DNA of 64,000 nucleotides from Paraphysomonas bandaiensis (GCA_965644295.1 CBFFRP010000362.1:310001-374000), one strand, 5' to 3'. Shown: positions 13,787 through 28,627, numbered from the stretch's first letter. Translations and numbers: made by a program. Notes: generated by a model from the sequence alone, not told the origin.

Positions 13787-16624
13787 CTACGACAAATTAC
13801 ACCCGCATCCCGTAGCGTTGGAATGTAATAGCTCCTTCTTCTCGGTTAAATCTTCGTGTAGAGTCTTATTTCTATGGCTAAGATACCTCCTACTTAATAT
13901 GTCTCCACTCATGGTATCGAGTTCGATATCACCCTCGACTTGTCCATGGATGAGCCCATGCCGAATCAAGTTCAACGAGAAGTGATAACTCTCACCACCA
14001 GTCTCGGCATAGTGCTATGAGTATTAACGTCAGTTGAGGGCAATATACTACAGCGACAAATAGAGAAATTCCACGCATTTGTAAAATACATCACCTGAAA
14101 AATATCTCCCAAAGCAATAACAGCTGTTCCTATTAAATCATCTTCATTGGTTACATCGTAATCCCATACTGTCAAAAAGAAGTGAGCATTTCGGCTTAGT
14201 CCGACAATATCATTGGTTGCAAGTCTGCCATTCATATAAAGCTATAAGATAGAATAAGCTCCACAGAATATTCAACCTAAATTCAATAATATCTGGCCAC
14301 TGAGGGTTTAAATCGTGTGTGATGGCTTTAGTTTTCAGTTTCGATTTCCCCACCGAAATTAATATCTAAACAGTGAAGAGTAAAAGCAAATTTAATTCGT
14401 TGTCTATCTCACTATCTAAATCAATATTCTTAGGAACTACTTACATCGGCGGGATCTGCAGACAAGACGAGATACGGGTCACTACCACCTCCAAATAGAA
14501 CTGAGTCCATTTCCGATAAATTCCGAGCCTTAGTTGAACAAAGCGGTTATTTAACTCATCATAGATAATGGCGAAACATCTACCGATAGATTTTTAAGTC
14601 GAAACGTCGTGTTCATCGTATAACGTAACTGTAAATGATTGCAGTTCGCTACGGAATAGGCCTGAAGTATGGTCAAATGTAAAGATATTTCCCTCGTGCA
14701 AACCATGGCACTCAATACACAGGACAACGTAGTATTTACGGCGCACCATTATATCATGTAGCCCATTCGTTGTTTCTAGCGTAAATAATCCAATTACTGG
14801 TTTGTGGTCCGATGTAATTACTTCTTCACATGAAAAAAATCGATCACACACGAGATTTTCATTGAAAGCTAAATAAACAAAAATAAGTGGATTGATCTTG
14901 CGAATTTTAATGAAGCAAATAAATGATTGTTATAGATATAGATAAAATATGACAATGATAGTGCACCTGGTAAAGAAGTAGAAAGTATCCTATCAGTGAA
15001 AGAAGGAAGCCGCTTTTTGTCATAAAATATGCTGTATTAACGCCATCATTCACACCCACAGTTAACAAAAAATATTGCACCACCTGCAGGTGTATTCAGA
15101 TGGATTCTCATTCTCCATTTCAAGGTTAAAAATTTTGGTTGGTGCATCCACAGCCATCTTGTCTGCAGCCTCCCCAAGTGTCGTAGTAGTTTCAACATCT
15201 TCATCTCGTTTTTCAATTGCTTTCCCTCTGACGCGCTGTAAGAACCACAATAGTGAGTTAGTCCAAAATTAAACTTAAATATATTTCAATACCTTGAAGG
15301 TAGGCGGGAAGGCTGGTGGGTAGGAAGTATAGCCAACAAGGACACGCTGAGCTTTCCTTTCCCTCGTCAGCTCATCTAGTTCCAACATTTCATCCCTAAA
15401 CGCATATTGGTTCAGAAGAACATAGCCATAGCACTTACCACTTCTCCATCGCAATCATTTCATAAAGCAGTTGCATCTCCACCTGGCTGCATATATAGAA
15501 CATGAATACATAACTACCCATACGACAACACATTCACAACCGTTTCTGCTTATCGGCCGGAGGCATAGGCTCATCAATATCTTCATCGTCACTCCCACCT
15601 GCGGCAGGGTCAGCCACTATTTTTGTGGGCACTTTGGCGCCACTATTAAACTTAGTCACATCGCTTATGCGACGTTTTTCAACAATAAGATCTGCTGGGG
15701 TTCTCTTGTCAAACGTACACCGGTAGTTCATGTCACCTGCCCACATGCACTACATCAAACAGCAAAGATATATGTACACAATGCGGTGTGACCAAAGCTA
15801 CGCATATAATATCACATCAAAACATACTCAAATCCTGTTTCCATTATATATAATGCAAATATGAGCACACACCCATAAAGATAACATGATGCATTTGATT
15901 GGTTGTCATTACGCCCTCTAGAATCTCTGCGACAGAACTATTTCTCATTGCACACTTATCTGCACCCTCATGAGCAGTCAAGTGACAAGATATAAAAGCA
16001 ATATTGGTAGAGTCGATCGTCATGGACACCCGAAGACCACCCTTATCACAATACAACATCTAACCGCATAGGATAAGTTCGTTATATACGGCTCCATACC
16101 TTATTAGGAAACACATGAAAGAAGCCCGTGTTTTCAGCAGTTTTCTGTACATTAGATATACGTGACATCAATGAGTTGCGACCAAACACTAATTGCTGCA
16201 TCTGTGCCCTCTTGTTATGAGCGACCTGTACATACATACATACACGTTCATTATATACGGGCTCATCCATATGATAAAAAAACACACACTACCAGAAAAA
16301 ATTCTTCATCAAAAATATCTTTAATTTCACGTAGAAGTTGCCGTACACACAAACCCTCTGCAGAGTTCTCATCTGCTATATCCACTTCATCTTTTTTTTT
16401 TAAAGGAACACTCCATGTAGCCTCCTGTAGTCCAAAGGCTACAATGTCATACTGTCCACCTCCAAACGGTATGATACGATCAAAACTTCTTTCTGGAGGG
16501 GCATTTCCCATATTCCAACCTGTATTCACAGTCAGTGAATATATATATGAGCCGGTAGAGACGTACTGATGACCATGATTTTGACGGTTGTGTCGGTACA
16601 TGAAGGGGACCCTACAGTGCTCAT
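13787..16624 (-). CDS. Inositol polyphosphate 5-phosphatase with C-terminal C2 domain, many exons
   Basis: WNMGN, FGLQE, NKGG, FISCHLTAH, GDMNYR, FPPTFK, PSFTDRIL and TSDHKPV. The C2 domain shows DPY and VWDYD...DDLIG. Confidence 0.9.
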
Positions 16625-17768
16625 TCAGATGAATGGACACAACTAGAGAGCAATGGGGATATCACAGAACAGTTTATGGAGATGATATGTACAGGACAGG
16701 AGCATGCTAAGAGTGTGTCCGGTGTATATGTATATGGATCTACTGTGCTGGATTTGGTTGTATCAATTTTCACACATCCACAGTGTGTAGCCCGTTATGT
16801 TATCCGATATGTACCATATCAGAGTCACTTATAACGTGCGGAGTGTAGCCCGTAAATAACCATACAACACAGTGATATACCACCGTATTGGCATCATTTG
16901 TATATTTTTGTTCCAAGATGCCTCTAATATTGAGGCAACAATTATCTGTATTCTATCCGTAGTTGTGTTGCAGTAATATAGACAATATTTGCCTCAATTT
17001 GTTTCCGAAAAATATGATGCTGCCTGCCGGGGGGCCGGCCGGAACAAGAACTATCTATGGCCTTCAGCGTATCTTTCAGTCAATAACTATGTCAATGTCG
17101 TATATCGTCATCAGAGATGTGTAACACTTCTTACGAGACATTCACATAACATCATATGCACTGAGTTGTCATCTTACTCTCTTGGAGATAACGATTCCAG
17201 TCTGAGCGAGGACTACCATCCTCTACCATATCATGATTTGGCGTAATAGGGTGGTAAAGGCTTGATAAACTGAACGTAATTCACACTCAATACTGTTATT
17301 ATAAATCATGATCAATCTCACTTATTATTCATTTTCATCGCCAAGTTTAGATTATCGCAATTACCAATCATGGCATAGTAGAAATATGGTTGTAATACAC
17401 GGTTCTTCAAGTCGTTGGGTTTGAGAATCCGTATGTATTCAAACCATGTCTATGCTATGTCACGTATCAAGGTATTCATACTGATGTAGATAGTATCAAT
17501 TAGACATTACTCTACCTTTCAAGTCATTTTAAAGAGCACGATAGTCGCAACTATTTGTGGACATATGACATATCTATAAGTTACAAAGCAATAACGAGCC
17601 ACTAAGTTGATAGTTTAGGGTAATCCCACCACTCGGTTGTCACAGGTTCCTACGACAAAGTATGATCATTAATATCGGACCTACCAGCTGTAGTTTATGT
17701 GGTAATATGTGAAAAGATGAATGAAGAATATATCCCACGTATAAAAACTATGTATGTGCATTCTGCAG

Positions 17769-19935
17769 TATTAGGATTAATACATGATTGTATCTGTGAG
17801 TTATAATGTTCAATGAAATATACCATGAACTGAATTAGAGAGAGTATCTGTCGAAGATACGTGATCGTCATCATAACGTCGTCATTATCAGTTACACTTC
17901 TAACTATTCCGTTATGCATGATAGCTACGTTCTATATTGTTATTCATAATTTTTACTCTATCGTGGAATGGGTTACCCTCGGGGGTATACGGGGAGTTGA
18001 AAGTCTATGTAGCCCCTATTGATTGAAGATACTCTAAGACTTTTCTTGATACCAGTTCCTTCCCGCCATCCGCATGATAATGTTGTAGTCATATGTAGAT
18101 ACATGACAACTTTCTGGATGGATTGGATGACGAAATCTTCATATCTCGTTGGTCCGTAGGAGTCCCATTGGTGTCTGGAAGCTACAACTGTCATCCCGAG
18201 TATGTAGCGGTTGCCAGTAATGATTGCCTCTGGTGTATGGGGTCCAGAAAAATCGGCTACTACTAGCTCCCCCAGCTCATTCGCTCTTCTTACACGCTTG
18301 AGCAGCATTTGCCTGATAGCGTGTCTATGTTTTCAGCGATGAGATTTACCACTAGCACAACCATCAAATAGGCCACCCAGTAAAGAAGTAGCATTCATCT
18401 CCGACTTCGTTAACTTAATACCCGTTACTAATTTTGACTGTACAGCTTTCTGTATGAGTCCAATTGAAGAATATGCCAATCTCTTATGTGCTAGGGTTGC
18501 GAGTGGGCCTGAAGCAGTTGAAGCAAGGTGGGATTCGTCAATAGGGGTACCGAGGTCTGTTAGCGGAATTTCGTATAGGCCTCCAACTCTTACCCTTTGA
18601 TAGCAGTATTTCATCTTTATATACCTCAACCGACTCGGATTCGACAACCATGACATGGGTTTACAGTTGGACATATTGAATTTGTCCAGTAGTTTTCTGA
18701 CATACTGCTCCTGACTGAGAGTCGTGATATTCTTATCAAAGTCTTGATGGATGGAAATGCCCAAGTAATAATCTAAGAGTCCGACACTGATATCCAACAA
18801 TTCAAAGACCATTTATCCAAAAAGTTCGAAATTACGGATCTCGGTCTCTTAGATTATTACTTGGGCATTTCCATCCATCAAGACTTTGATAAGAATATCA
18901 CGACTCTCAGTCAGGAGCAGTATGTCAGAAAACTACTGGACAAATTCAATATGTCCAACTGTAAACCCATGTCAACACCTATGTTACTTTCCTTCAACTA
19001 TGATTTACATGAATACAATCATCTTTCAGAGTCAAATCAAAGTTATGTTCAGAATTTCCCCTACAAGGAACTCATAGGTTCTCTGATGTATCTAGCTGTA
19101 TGCACTCGACCGGATATCGCCTATGCAGTCAATACTCTTGCCAGATTTTCTGATATGCCTAATCTAACTACCTGTAATGCTGCGTTACATGTTCTTAGGT
19201 ATCTCAAAGGCACTGCTAGGCAAGGATTGATATATTCTAGATCCCACATAGCATTGCCAGGATACTGCGATAGCGATTGGGCACGATGTCACCTACCTCC
19301 TTACGAAACCTCTAGGAGCAAATAACTTCCGCACATTGCGAATTACATTGATGGGGGGAGCTGGGTTCGACATCCCATTCAGCAGCAACAGAAAGCGTTC
19401 AACAACCTCAGAGACACCTAAATCACATTACCAAGCCACAAGCGACCTAGGTGGCTAGTTTGAGTTACACGGAGTTTTTACCATTTTTTTAAACTTTATT
19501 CAATACATGATGCTGGACTAGAAGGATGGTCTCACAATATGGCATCTCTGCACTTTGCTTATTATTGACTAGTGACTACTATACTCTGGGTTTTACTCTC
19601 AGTGTGTATAAAGTTCATATTCTCTCTATTATCTACGGTTCACTGATTATTTCATTGAGGGGGCGTATTAGGATTCAGCTTAATACATGATTGTATCTGT
19701 GAGTTATAATGTTCAATGAAATATACAATGAACTGAATTAGAGAGAGTATCTGTCGAAGATACGTGATCGTCATCACAACGTCGTCATTATCAGTTACAC
19801 TTCTAACTATTCCGTTATGCATGATAGCTACGTTCTATATTGTTATTCATAATTTTCACTCTATCGTGCTCATTACTTACACTCTAATAATCACAACATT
19901 GTTTTACTATCTATTATAAAGATCAATTCTTTATT
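17769..19935 (+). mobile_element. Internally deleted and rearranged Ty1/copia LTR retrotransposon
   Basis: The 5' LTR (17769-17965, truncated) and 3' LTR (19666-19935) differ by 3 substitutions and one 6-nt indel. PPT GAGGGGGCG precedes the 3' LTR, and TGCAG TSDs lie at 17764-68 and 19936-40. RT/RNase H (LIGSLMYL..TRPDI..YCDSDWA) is on +. GAG-pre-integrase and integrase pieces (HKRLAY, CASGK, ADFSGP) are on -. Confidence 0.9.
18651..18974. repeat. Perfect 129-bp inverted duplication of RT sequence with a 66-bp spacer
   Basis: 18651-18779 is the exact reverse complement of 18846-18974. Confidence 0.97.
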
Positions 19936-20682
19936 TGCAGCGATATTTCGTGTGGTCCTGTTGATATATAATATGTATGCGTAATCTGAGTGTTGCACTA
20001 ATCTGGTATACCTAATCTTGTAAATAAGTTTCTGTTATTGTTGACAAGTATATGGGTTCAATCGATAATGAGAAGCATAGTTATATAGTTATAGTAAAGA
20101 TAGCTTATAGCTACTGAAGTATCAGACGGTGATGAGTTATGTACGCCACCTTCCACACTTTTGTCAGTAATATCACCATTTAAGGTAGCACTGGTGATGC
20201 TCGATACCGTGTTCAACTAGCAATACCACAAGCAATATGAGCTTCTGGATGATCTGACCAACACACGTAAAGCAGTATTAAAATAAAATTAATTACTTAT
20301 AAGTGGTGATATTCTACCCAAAGTATTGTTTTTCACTAATAGTCTAGAATCTGACGACTCTAAAATGTCTGGCGAGATACATGACTAAAACTCTATAATA
20401 AGGTGGACTGAGGAGTGCGTGCGTTCCCTCCGATTTCCTCATACTGAATGCAACGAGGAAGAAGAAACAAGATTGCGGCGGACGAAAAAGGTCACGAATT
20501 ATCATCATATTAATGTAGATAGCTGCGAGCATATTAATCCTGTGAAGTAACTTCATATTATATTAAAAATTAATGTACGTAATCGTAGAGTTGACCAAGA
20601 AAGGAGATCTCTATTGTTCCCGCATGAGTCAGCTAATTGGGAATAGCGACTAGGGAATATATTAGTGCACAACAAAAATACA

Positions 20683-22581
20683 TCATTTAGATGAATGAAT
20701 AGGATTATAAGATTGTTCTCTCTCTCTCTCTTCCAACTTCTGTTGGCGCTCTTGCAAACTAGCCATTGCATTGCACAAAAAAGTAACCTTTTCGTTAATT
20801 TCCTTAAGAGATTTCTCCAGCTCTTGATGCTCCTTTTTGTTGCGTATGGTCAGTAGCTCTGTTCCAATGATGTCACCGTCTTCCCCAGAAGCTGAACGTC
20901 GAATTATTATTGGCGTTTGGCTGGTTTCCTCTTCCTCTTGGGGATGAAGGCGTTCGTATTCACGCTGAAACGAGGCGCCAACAACGCTGATAGGCAAAGC
21001 AAGAAGTACAATGCCAAAATACATAAATATGACTGCAAAAAGTCGACCCAATGGGCTTGTTGGATAGAAATCTGAAAACAAATTTACAGGATGGTTATCA
21101 ATATTTTACACACTCCTTCAACAACAATATTACCTCCATATCCCACTGTAGTTGTCGTGACAACTGCCCAATAGCAAGCATGTAAAATTGACTTAAAAGG
21201 TGATACCACTTTAGTACTATGAAACTCATCCCATCGAATGTATTCACCGTCGGGGTAGTCAGCATTTACTGTGAAGGTTCCAGATTCAAGGTAGTATATC
21301 ACTGATCCCACACATATAACTGCCAGACCAGAGAAAAAAAACATTACACGCACAGCAGGCAGAGCTCGTGTGACTGTCTTAGTGAATAGAGGCACACCAG
21401 TGTTCATGCCTCCTACACACAGCGCCGCATTAGATAATTTGAACAACACATGCCATAGTACACATAAATCATTAAAGTGTTGTCAATCTTTACTGATACT
21501 ACATAAACGAGTTACCAATAGCACACACAGCACGACAGCATATATACAAACAAGATTGGCATGATCTATTAAATAGCAAACTCTTACCAATTTTAAAAAC
21601 ACGGAAAACTCGAGCTAGTCTGAATATCCGCACTATAGATACTGATGGTCCACTATCTACAGCGAAAGACACGTACGAAGGAAGTATAGCCACAAGGTCA
21701 ATGATATTCAGAGGCTTTGAGGCATACAAATAGAGGGTCTTGTACCATGGGTACACTGGGTCTGGAGCACTGTCAGTTTTACTGAGAGAGGGGTCAAGAT
21801 GCTTGGGCAGAACCTTCGCAAGCCTGTCGAAATTTCATATTACAACTATATAAAACTATGTATCGAACCTAGTAGGCATCAAAGGAACCAAAAGTATTCT
21901 TACTAAGTAGTCCAGTGTAAATAATGCCAAACATATAATATCTAGGATAACAAGGCTGACATCTTCCTCAGGTTCGCATATTACAGAGTTTGGGCAGTAA
22001 TTAGGGTCGTTGTCACATGCAGGGTGCTTACAATTTGACGGCCTGTGTCTATCAGAAGAGTCATTATATCGTCAGCATTAAAAGTGCTAGGTTACTTACT
22101 TCAGTCCTGGGCATGTGGCCATAACGTACACTACACAACTGAGGATGATAACGATAATCATCACTATTGAGTTCAAAACAGCAAATTGACTAGAATAATA
22201 AATAAATACGAGTTAATTATGCGCTCAGGATTAATCCGTACTAACCAAGATATAGGATCGTCAAATGCAACAAATATACGCTGAAGGAAGCCTAGTTCAA
22301 AGGTTTTCTGCAGAGTATAATGAACAAACGAGTTCATACGGCGGCTATACTGTACACACCTTCTCACTGGAATCTTCATCACTCCCATTATCACACGTTA
22401 GTGATCGAGGCACAAAGAAAGGCAACGAGTGAAAACGAGTACGAAACGCTCGTGCTCTCTCTGCATATGTGACAGATGCATAGTCTTTAGTGGTTTTAGT
22501 ATTGCCTGTATTAAGAGAGCTGTTGGAGCCTCGACGATTCACCTTCTGGGCTCCCCCTGTAGCTGCTATGGAGGAGAACAT
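20683..22581 (-). CDS. Voltage-gated potassium channel (Kv-like), multi-exon; start uncertain
   Basis: NIIDLVAILP, S4 RIFRLARVFRVFK, pore YWAVVTTTTVGYG|D (split by an intron), S6 ALPISVV and a C-terminal coiled coil. Confidence 0.9.
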
Positions 22582-24282
22582 GTTGGAAAACTTTACCGAA
22601 GATGGCTATAAGGCCGCAGATGGCCTGTTATCTTGGTTTTCCAATATAGTCAGTCGTCTATAAGGGTGAAATGAACCACACGATCATCTTTACAGCCCAT
22701 TAAATATATATGACATGTATACCACTGTATAGACAACTGTATACACGACAGTGTATGTACTGCAGAATTATGTACGTATGTACGTATGGTTGTCGAAGTC
22801 AACAGGTACATATTTGGGACATTGGACATGGATATCTATCACGAAGGATTCATAGTGAATAGCTTTATTGCTTTATCTTACTTAGATCTACGTCGCGTTT
22901 GCTACGAAACACAATTGATGGAGTAAAACAGAGGTGTATTACGAGCGTTCAGATGGTAAATGTATAAGGCCACAACTGCTTTATATATCTCCTGTGTCAA
23001 CTATTCTCTATCTTGAAACTCTACCATCGATACGCATGTATAAAACCTCTTTGGTTATTTCAATATCTCTGATCTACCTATTTGGCGTACTATAAGTTCT
23101 TTTTTTGTATTGGTACTGTTGGTATAAGTATTTCTAATCGTGTGTCTCTTGTGTAGTATTGATACGAACATATGCAGTATTTACTAACCCATGTAAAGTT
23201 CGCTCAAGGTGGTTAGATTGCTCCTCAATATTACGAGGAATCAAGTTCATGGTAGCATAGCAAGCGATAAATATGAAATATATTGGAGTTGGACATATAT
23301 ATCTGCAGCTACCCTCATATGATTAAAACCGTAATCTTCTTTGTTGCATAAAATAACCATTTTTCAGATCATCAAACATATATAAATCTAGTGAGCATTT
23401 GGTTTTCTTCATATCTGTCTTTCTGATATCATATGTTCACTTCACTCTCCAGCGCTGTAAAAATATAATGTAATGTTCTTTTAAACTATACACCGGAGTT
23501 TCAATGCATAACACTCTCTATACACAGCAGAATGGAATAATCTAGATCTGTGTAGAGCTTTGTTATAAGATATATTGTACAAATAGAATGCGTTAATAGT
23601 ATAAAATAGGCAAAATCTACACTTAGTTGTGAAGGGTAAATATAGTTAGCTACAATATAAGTAAATTCAGTTGTAAGGTATATTAATGGATTCACGATTG
23701 ACTGATGAATATATACAAAGAGATGTTAATGAGAACAGATGTTCACCAGATGTAACACGGATATATTTATATTTTGAGCTGTTAAATTTATAATTGTTCA
23801 TAGGATGTTCGTATAATAGAAATAGACTGTGTAGTATACATTATTGAATGGTTGATTAGCTCGAAATTAAAATATCGAAATATTAAACGTAATCTATTTC
23901 ATAGGTCTGACGCTCAGGTTTTCTGGACTACGACAGTACTAGAAACCGTTTTGACAGACATTGCTTAGTCACAGCCACTTTAAACGACAGTTCTACTTAC
24001 ACTAAATGCTACTTTCATGTGTATTTTAATCTGCCGATGCGTATGTTGTGTACGATACAGAGTATCGTTATACAGTATAACAATTACTCTCCTTTATTCC
24101 CTGACAAACACTTCAGTTTCAATAATTACATTTTGATGCTCTAGATTGCAGTAAACACTATTGTTATATCATCATTTCTACTCCATCCAACGACATATTC
24201 AAGAGAATACAATGAAAATCACATGGAGCAGTATATTTGGTTGGAGAATTGTAATCAAATATTTGTAATTCCATTAATATGT

Positions 24283-24298
24283 GGTGTTGAAAAACACC
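24283..24298 (-). promoter_or_regulatory. Histone mRNA 3' stem-loop (H3)
   Basis: GGTGTT-TTTC-AACACC on the minus strand, about 23 nt after the stop codon. Confidence 0.88.
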
Positions 24299-24321
24299 AA
24301 TTGTTTGTAGAAGAAGAACGC

Positions 24322-25344
<1,023 letters not shown>

Positions 25345-25381
25345 ATTCGCAAATCTTAATATTGCTTATTCTACAAACATT

Positions 25382-25397
25382 GGTGTTTTTCAACACC
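25382..25397 (+). promoter_or_regulatory. Histone mRNA 3' stem-loop (H4)
   Basis: GGTGTT-TTTC-AACACC, about 37 nt after the stop codon. Confidence 0.88.
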
Positions 25398-25758
25398 ATT
25401 ATTCTATGGAATTGTGTAATTTTCTTTATTGGTTGTAGGATTTCTTTATTAAATTGCTCACGTAGTGGAAGTATATATGAGATAATGTCTTCACTTGATA
25501 AATGTAGTGAGCAAGCAATGAAATCTCAGTAACGTGAGAAGTGTACTCTCATGTACGAAGTAAATTGTATATGGAGCACTGTTCTGGAAGCATGAACCAT
25601 ATTAACGACTCTAATACTTGCGAGGAAGAAGCAACAGGCCCTATTATGAGCAGCTGTTATTCCCAAGTCAAATATGGACGAACAGTTCGTATTGGCACTT
25701 GATATTAATAGACTTGGATATGCAGATATCTACGGAATATCATGTATAGAAAGTCTTC

Positions 25759-25930
25759 GAAGGCGGACTGCCGCAGCAACTATAACGCAAAGTTCTTGCA
25801 GACACTGCAGCACAAATGCGTTTCAAGATCAATGCACAGTTCGAATTTACTTGCTTTGATCTTGCCACGCATATCTGGTGCAGTATCTGATAGTCTTTCG
25901 CGTTGCGGTTGTGGCGACAGTCCGTCTTTC
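25759..25930. repeat. Long imperfect inverted repeat (about 78-nt arms, 15-nt loop)
   Basis: The arms align at roughly 70-75% identity by eye, for example cagacactgcagcacaaatgcgtttcaagatcaatgca versus revcomp cagatactgcaccagatatgcgtggcaagatcaaagca. Confidence 0.8.
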
Positions 25931-26318
25931 CATACTACATGTAGACACATACCATATAAGATGATTTGGACTTGTTAACTTCCATTTCTGGAGATGTTTC
26001 ATGCCAAAAACCAATGACGACGTCGTCATCATATGTACATACGTACATACTATGTTTTCAATCGATTCTTCATACTCTTGTAAAGACCAAATCCTTACAG
26101 TCCTTTTATAGACGACAGAGATCCATTCGCTATTAGAAGTAAAAAGATAGTAGAAAAGTATTGGAGGATGAGGTATGGAATGGCTCCTACTACAAGTCTA
26201 CAAGTTAGCTGTGTAAAGTTCTAGTGACTAAGTTAAACCTCTGAATATAGTAATATCACATCATTAAACATAATGCCTTCGTAGATCTGTTAGAATAACT
26301 AGCTAATACACGACATAC

Positions 26319-26897
26319 TTAGATATTTAGAGGTTCAGATTCAACTTGTTGATAAACAGAGCCAAGCCATTTCTCATCAACAAAATTTATATCGTCAGAA
26401 TACATTGCACTGTCTACATCTATGCTATCCTCTCCATACACTCGACTTGGAAGGTAGTCCATGTCAAAAGCCTGTATAGCTTTCAAATAACCCTCCTCAT
26501 CGTCAGGTGGTACGACGCACATCCATTGCTGAAGGTAATCGAACATTTCTTCGTCTGACATATCTAAGTGCTCACGAAGCCTCCCGTAATATTCTCTATC
26601 AAAAGAATCAATCGATCCCATAGATTCTTCACACACTTCTAAAGCATCAAATCCAAATAACCCTGTTTTATAAACGACAGGAAGCCAGTCGCTGTTAGTA
26701 GTAAACAGAGAATAGAAAAGTTTTGGAGGAAGAGGAATTCCAATCACCCATATAAGAATAGCTACTACTACTGAGCGACGTAAACACGGGTTGCGTTTGA
26801 TGAACCACTCCTCATCACAGTTCTCACGTGCCATGTTCTGAGATTCATTGTTGTGCTTGTTATTACCTGAGTTAGAACGGTTTCGTCTTGGTGCCAT
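26319..26897 (-). CDS. Hypothetical single-TM protein (about 192 aa, acidic C-terminus)
   Basis: Open ORF starting MAPRRN with one hydrophobic segment. It lies directly downstream of a (TATG)n promoter array. Confidence 0.6.
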   Translation of the reverse strand: MAPRRNRSNSGNNKHNNESQNMARENCDEEWFIKRNPCLRRSVVVAILIWVIGIPLPPKLFYSLFTTNSDWLPVVYKTGLFGFDALEVCEESMGSIDSFDREYYGRLREHLDMSDEEMFDYLQQWMCVVPPDDEEGYLKAIQAFDMDYLPSRVYGEDSIDVDSAMYSDDINFVDEKWLGSVYQQVESEPLNI

Positions 26898-27046
26898 TAT
26901 AAATATAATGTACAATTTACAAATAATATACTCAACTCCAGAGAATAACAGCTACAATAGATATGGCATTATACTTCCATTCTACATTGATAACTAGACA
27001 ATAGTTGCATGGGACAGAATAGTTGCTATTCTCGTACTTAAATATT

Positions 27047-27362
27047 TATGTATGTATGTATGTATGTATGTATGTATGTATGTATGTATGTATGTATGTA
27101 TGTATGTATGTATGTATGTATGTATGTATGTATGTATGTATGTATGTATGTATGTATGTATGTATGTATGTATGTATGTATGTATGTATGTATGTATGTA
27201 TGTATGTATGTATGTATGTATGTATGTATGTATGTATGTATGTATGTATGTATGTATGTATGTATGTATGTATGTATGTATGTATGTATGTATGTATGTA
27301 TGTATGTATGTATGTATGTATGTATGTATGTATGTATGTATGTATGTATGTATGTATGTATG
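27047..27362. repeat. (TATG)n microsatellite, about 79 units
   Basis: Perfect tetranucleotide array. Confidence 0.99.
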
Positions 27363-28627
27363 TTTGTACACTAAAATACCTATAATACAGTAGAATACAA
27401 TACAGCATGAGTGCAGTTGTGTATCTTCTGTAAGATCATACTCAGCACTGCTACGAGTGGCATTAACGACACACAACCACAGGCAGACACATCAAAATGG
27501 TTTGAACCACCCCTCAAATGAAGAGATCCAGCCTGGATACTATTGTACACACAGACAGCACTCTTAAAACCTGTGTACCAACTTGAGATGCAGGTACTGC
27601 TTGGGGCAGTGGGTGTCCGGACACAGGCATGTGTCAGTAAATCATATTTCTACAGGACTCCAGACCACTGGAACACCATCCCGTTTAGTCATTGCTTCAG
27701 AGGTGAATACTCTGAGAGATAGATGAAAACACTCTCATCCAAAACTTGGAATTACCAAATATATTTGGCAAATATATTACACGGGAAACTTCCTGGTAGC
27801 GTATAGACAGAGATATGCACTGTGATGAGGAATTATTTGAAGCGAATTTGAGGAGTCATTATAGCTACAACTTTAGCTCCTGTTATAGCACGTAAATAAA
27901 GTATTCTACGGCATGTGCCACAGCTACTACAGAGAAATCTTATTGTACCAAGTCTATACGATTGGAATAGACTTGGTTTCCTCGTAATAATAAATGATCC
28001 GAACTAGTCAACATTTAATTAAAAGGTTATTTATCTAATATGCTCGCCTATATCTACGCATAACAGAACAAAGGCATAATAGAAGTGAGAAATAACTAAT
28101 GCTGTATTGCTCATTCAGTAAAGTCATTCAGTAATAGAAAATAGAGACATATTTCGACATGAGAACATGAGCCCAACGTACGACTGTAGAATGTGTGTTA
28201 AATGTTTAGGCATTGTACTAAATTGCACTTCATAAAGTAAAATATCTAGCTGGGAGATTATACGAAATATTTTAACCACCCTGACAAGGTACACACACAA
28301 GCAGAAAATCAATTGTATTAAATAATAACCAACAGACAAAGGGTGTAATGACATATAAATTAATATTTATTTGATACAAACACCTGTTTATGAAATTTTA
28401 CATATGCCTACATTATAATATGTATGTATGTGTGAAGATTGAAGATGCAATGCTCTTCCCAAGGAGCCTCGTGTTAAGATCGGGTTGACAGCAACGTGGC
28501 CTTCTTGAGACACTCATCGTGATCAAGTATAAATGCTGATATCCAGCACCTGTATACTTTTATAAAAACAACACACACTTTTATTATTCAATATGCAATA
28601 GAGTATACAATTAATATTATAAACTAT

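Noticed and set aside
18333-18812. 159-aa minus ORF as an intact gene
   Set aside because: It is a chimera of the inverted RT duplication and integrase-region fragments.
26994-27476. ORFs of (HTYI)n or (MYVC)n, also at about 37.4 and 41.6 kb
   Set aside because: These are artefacts of stop-free (TATG)n microsatellites.
27400-27750. GC-richer tract after the first TATG array, possible + strand gene
   Set aside because: No convincing spliced ORF or motif could be assembled.
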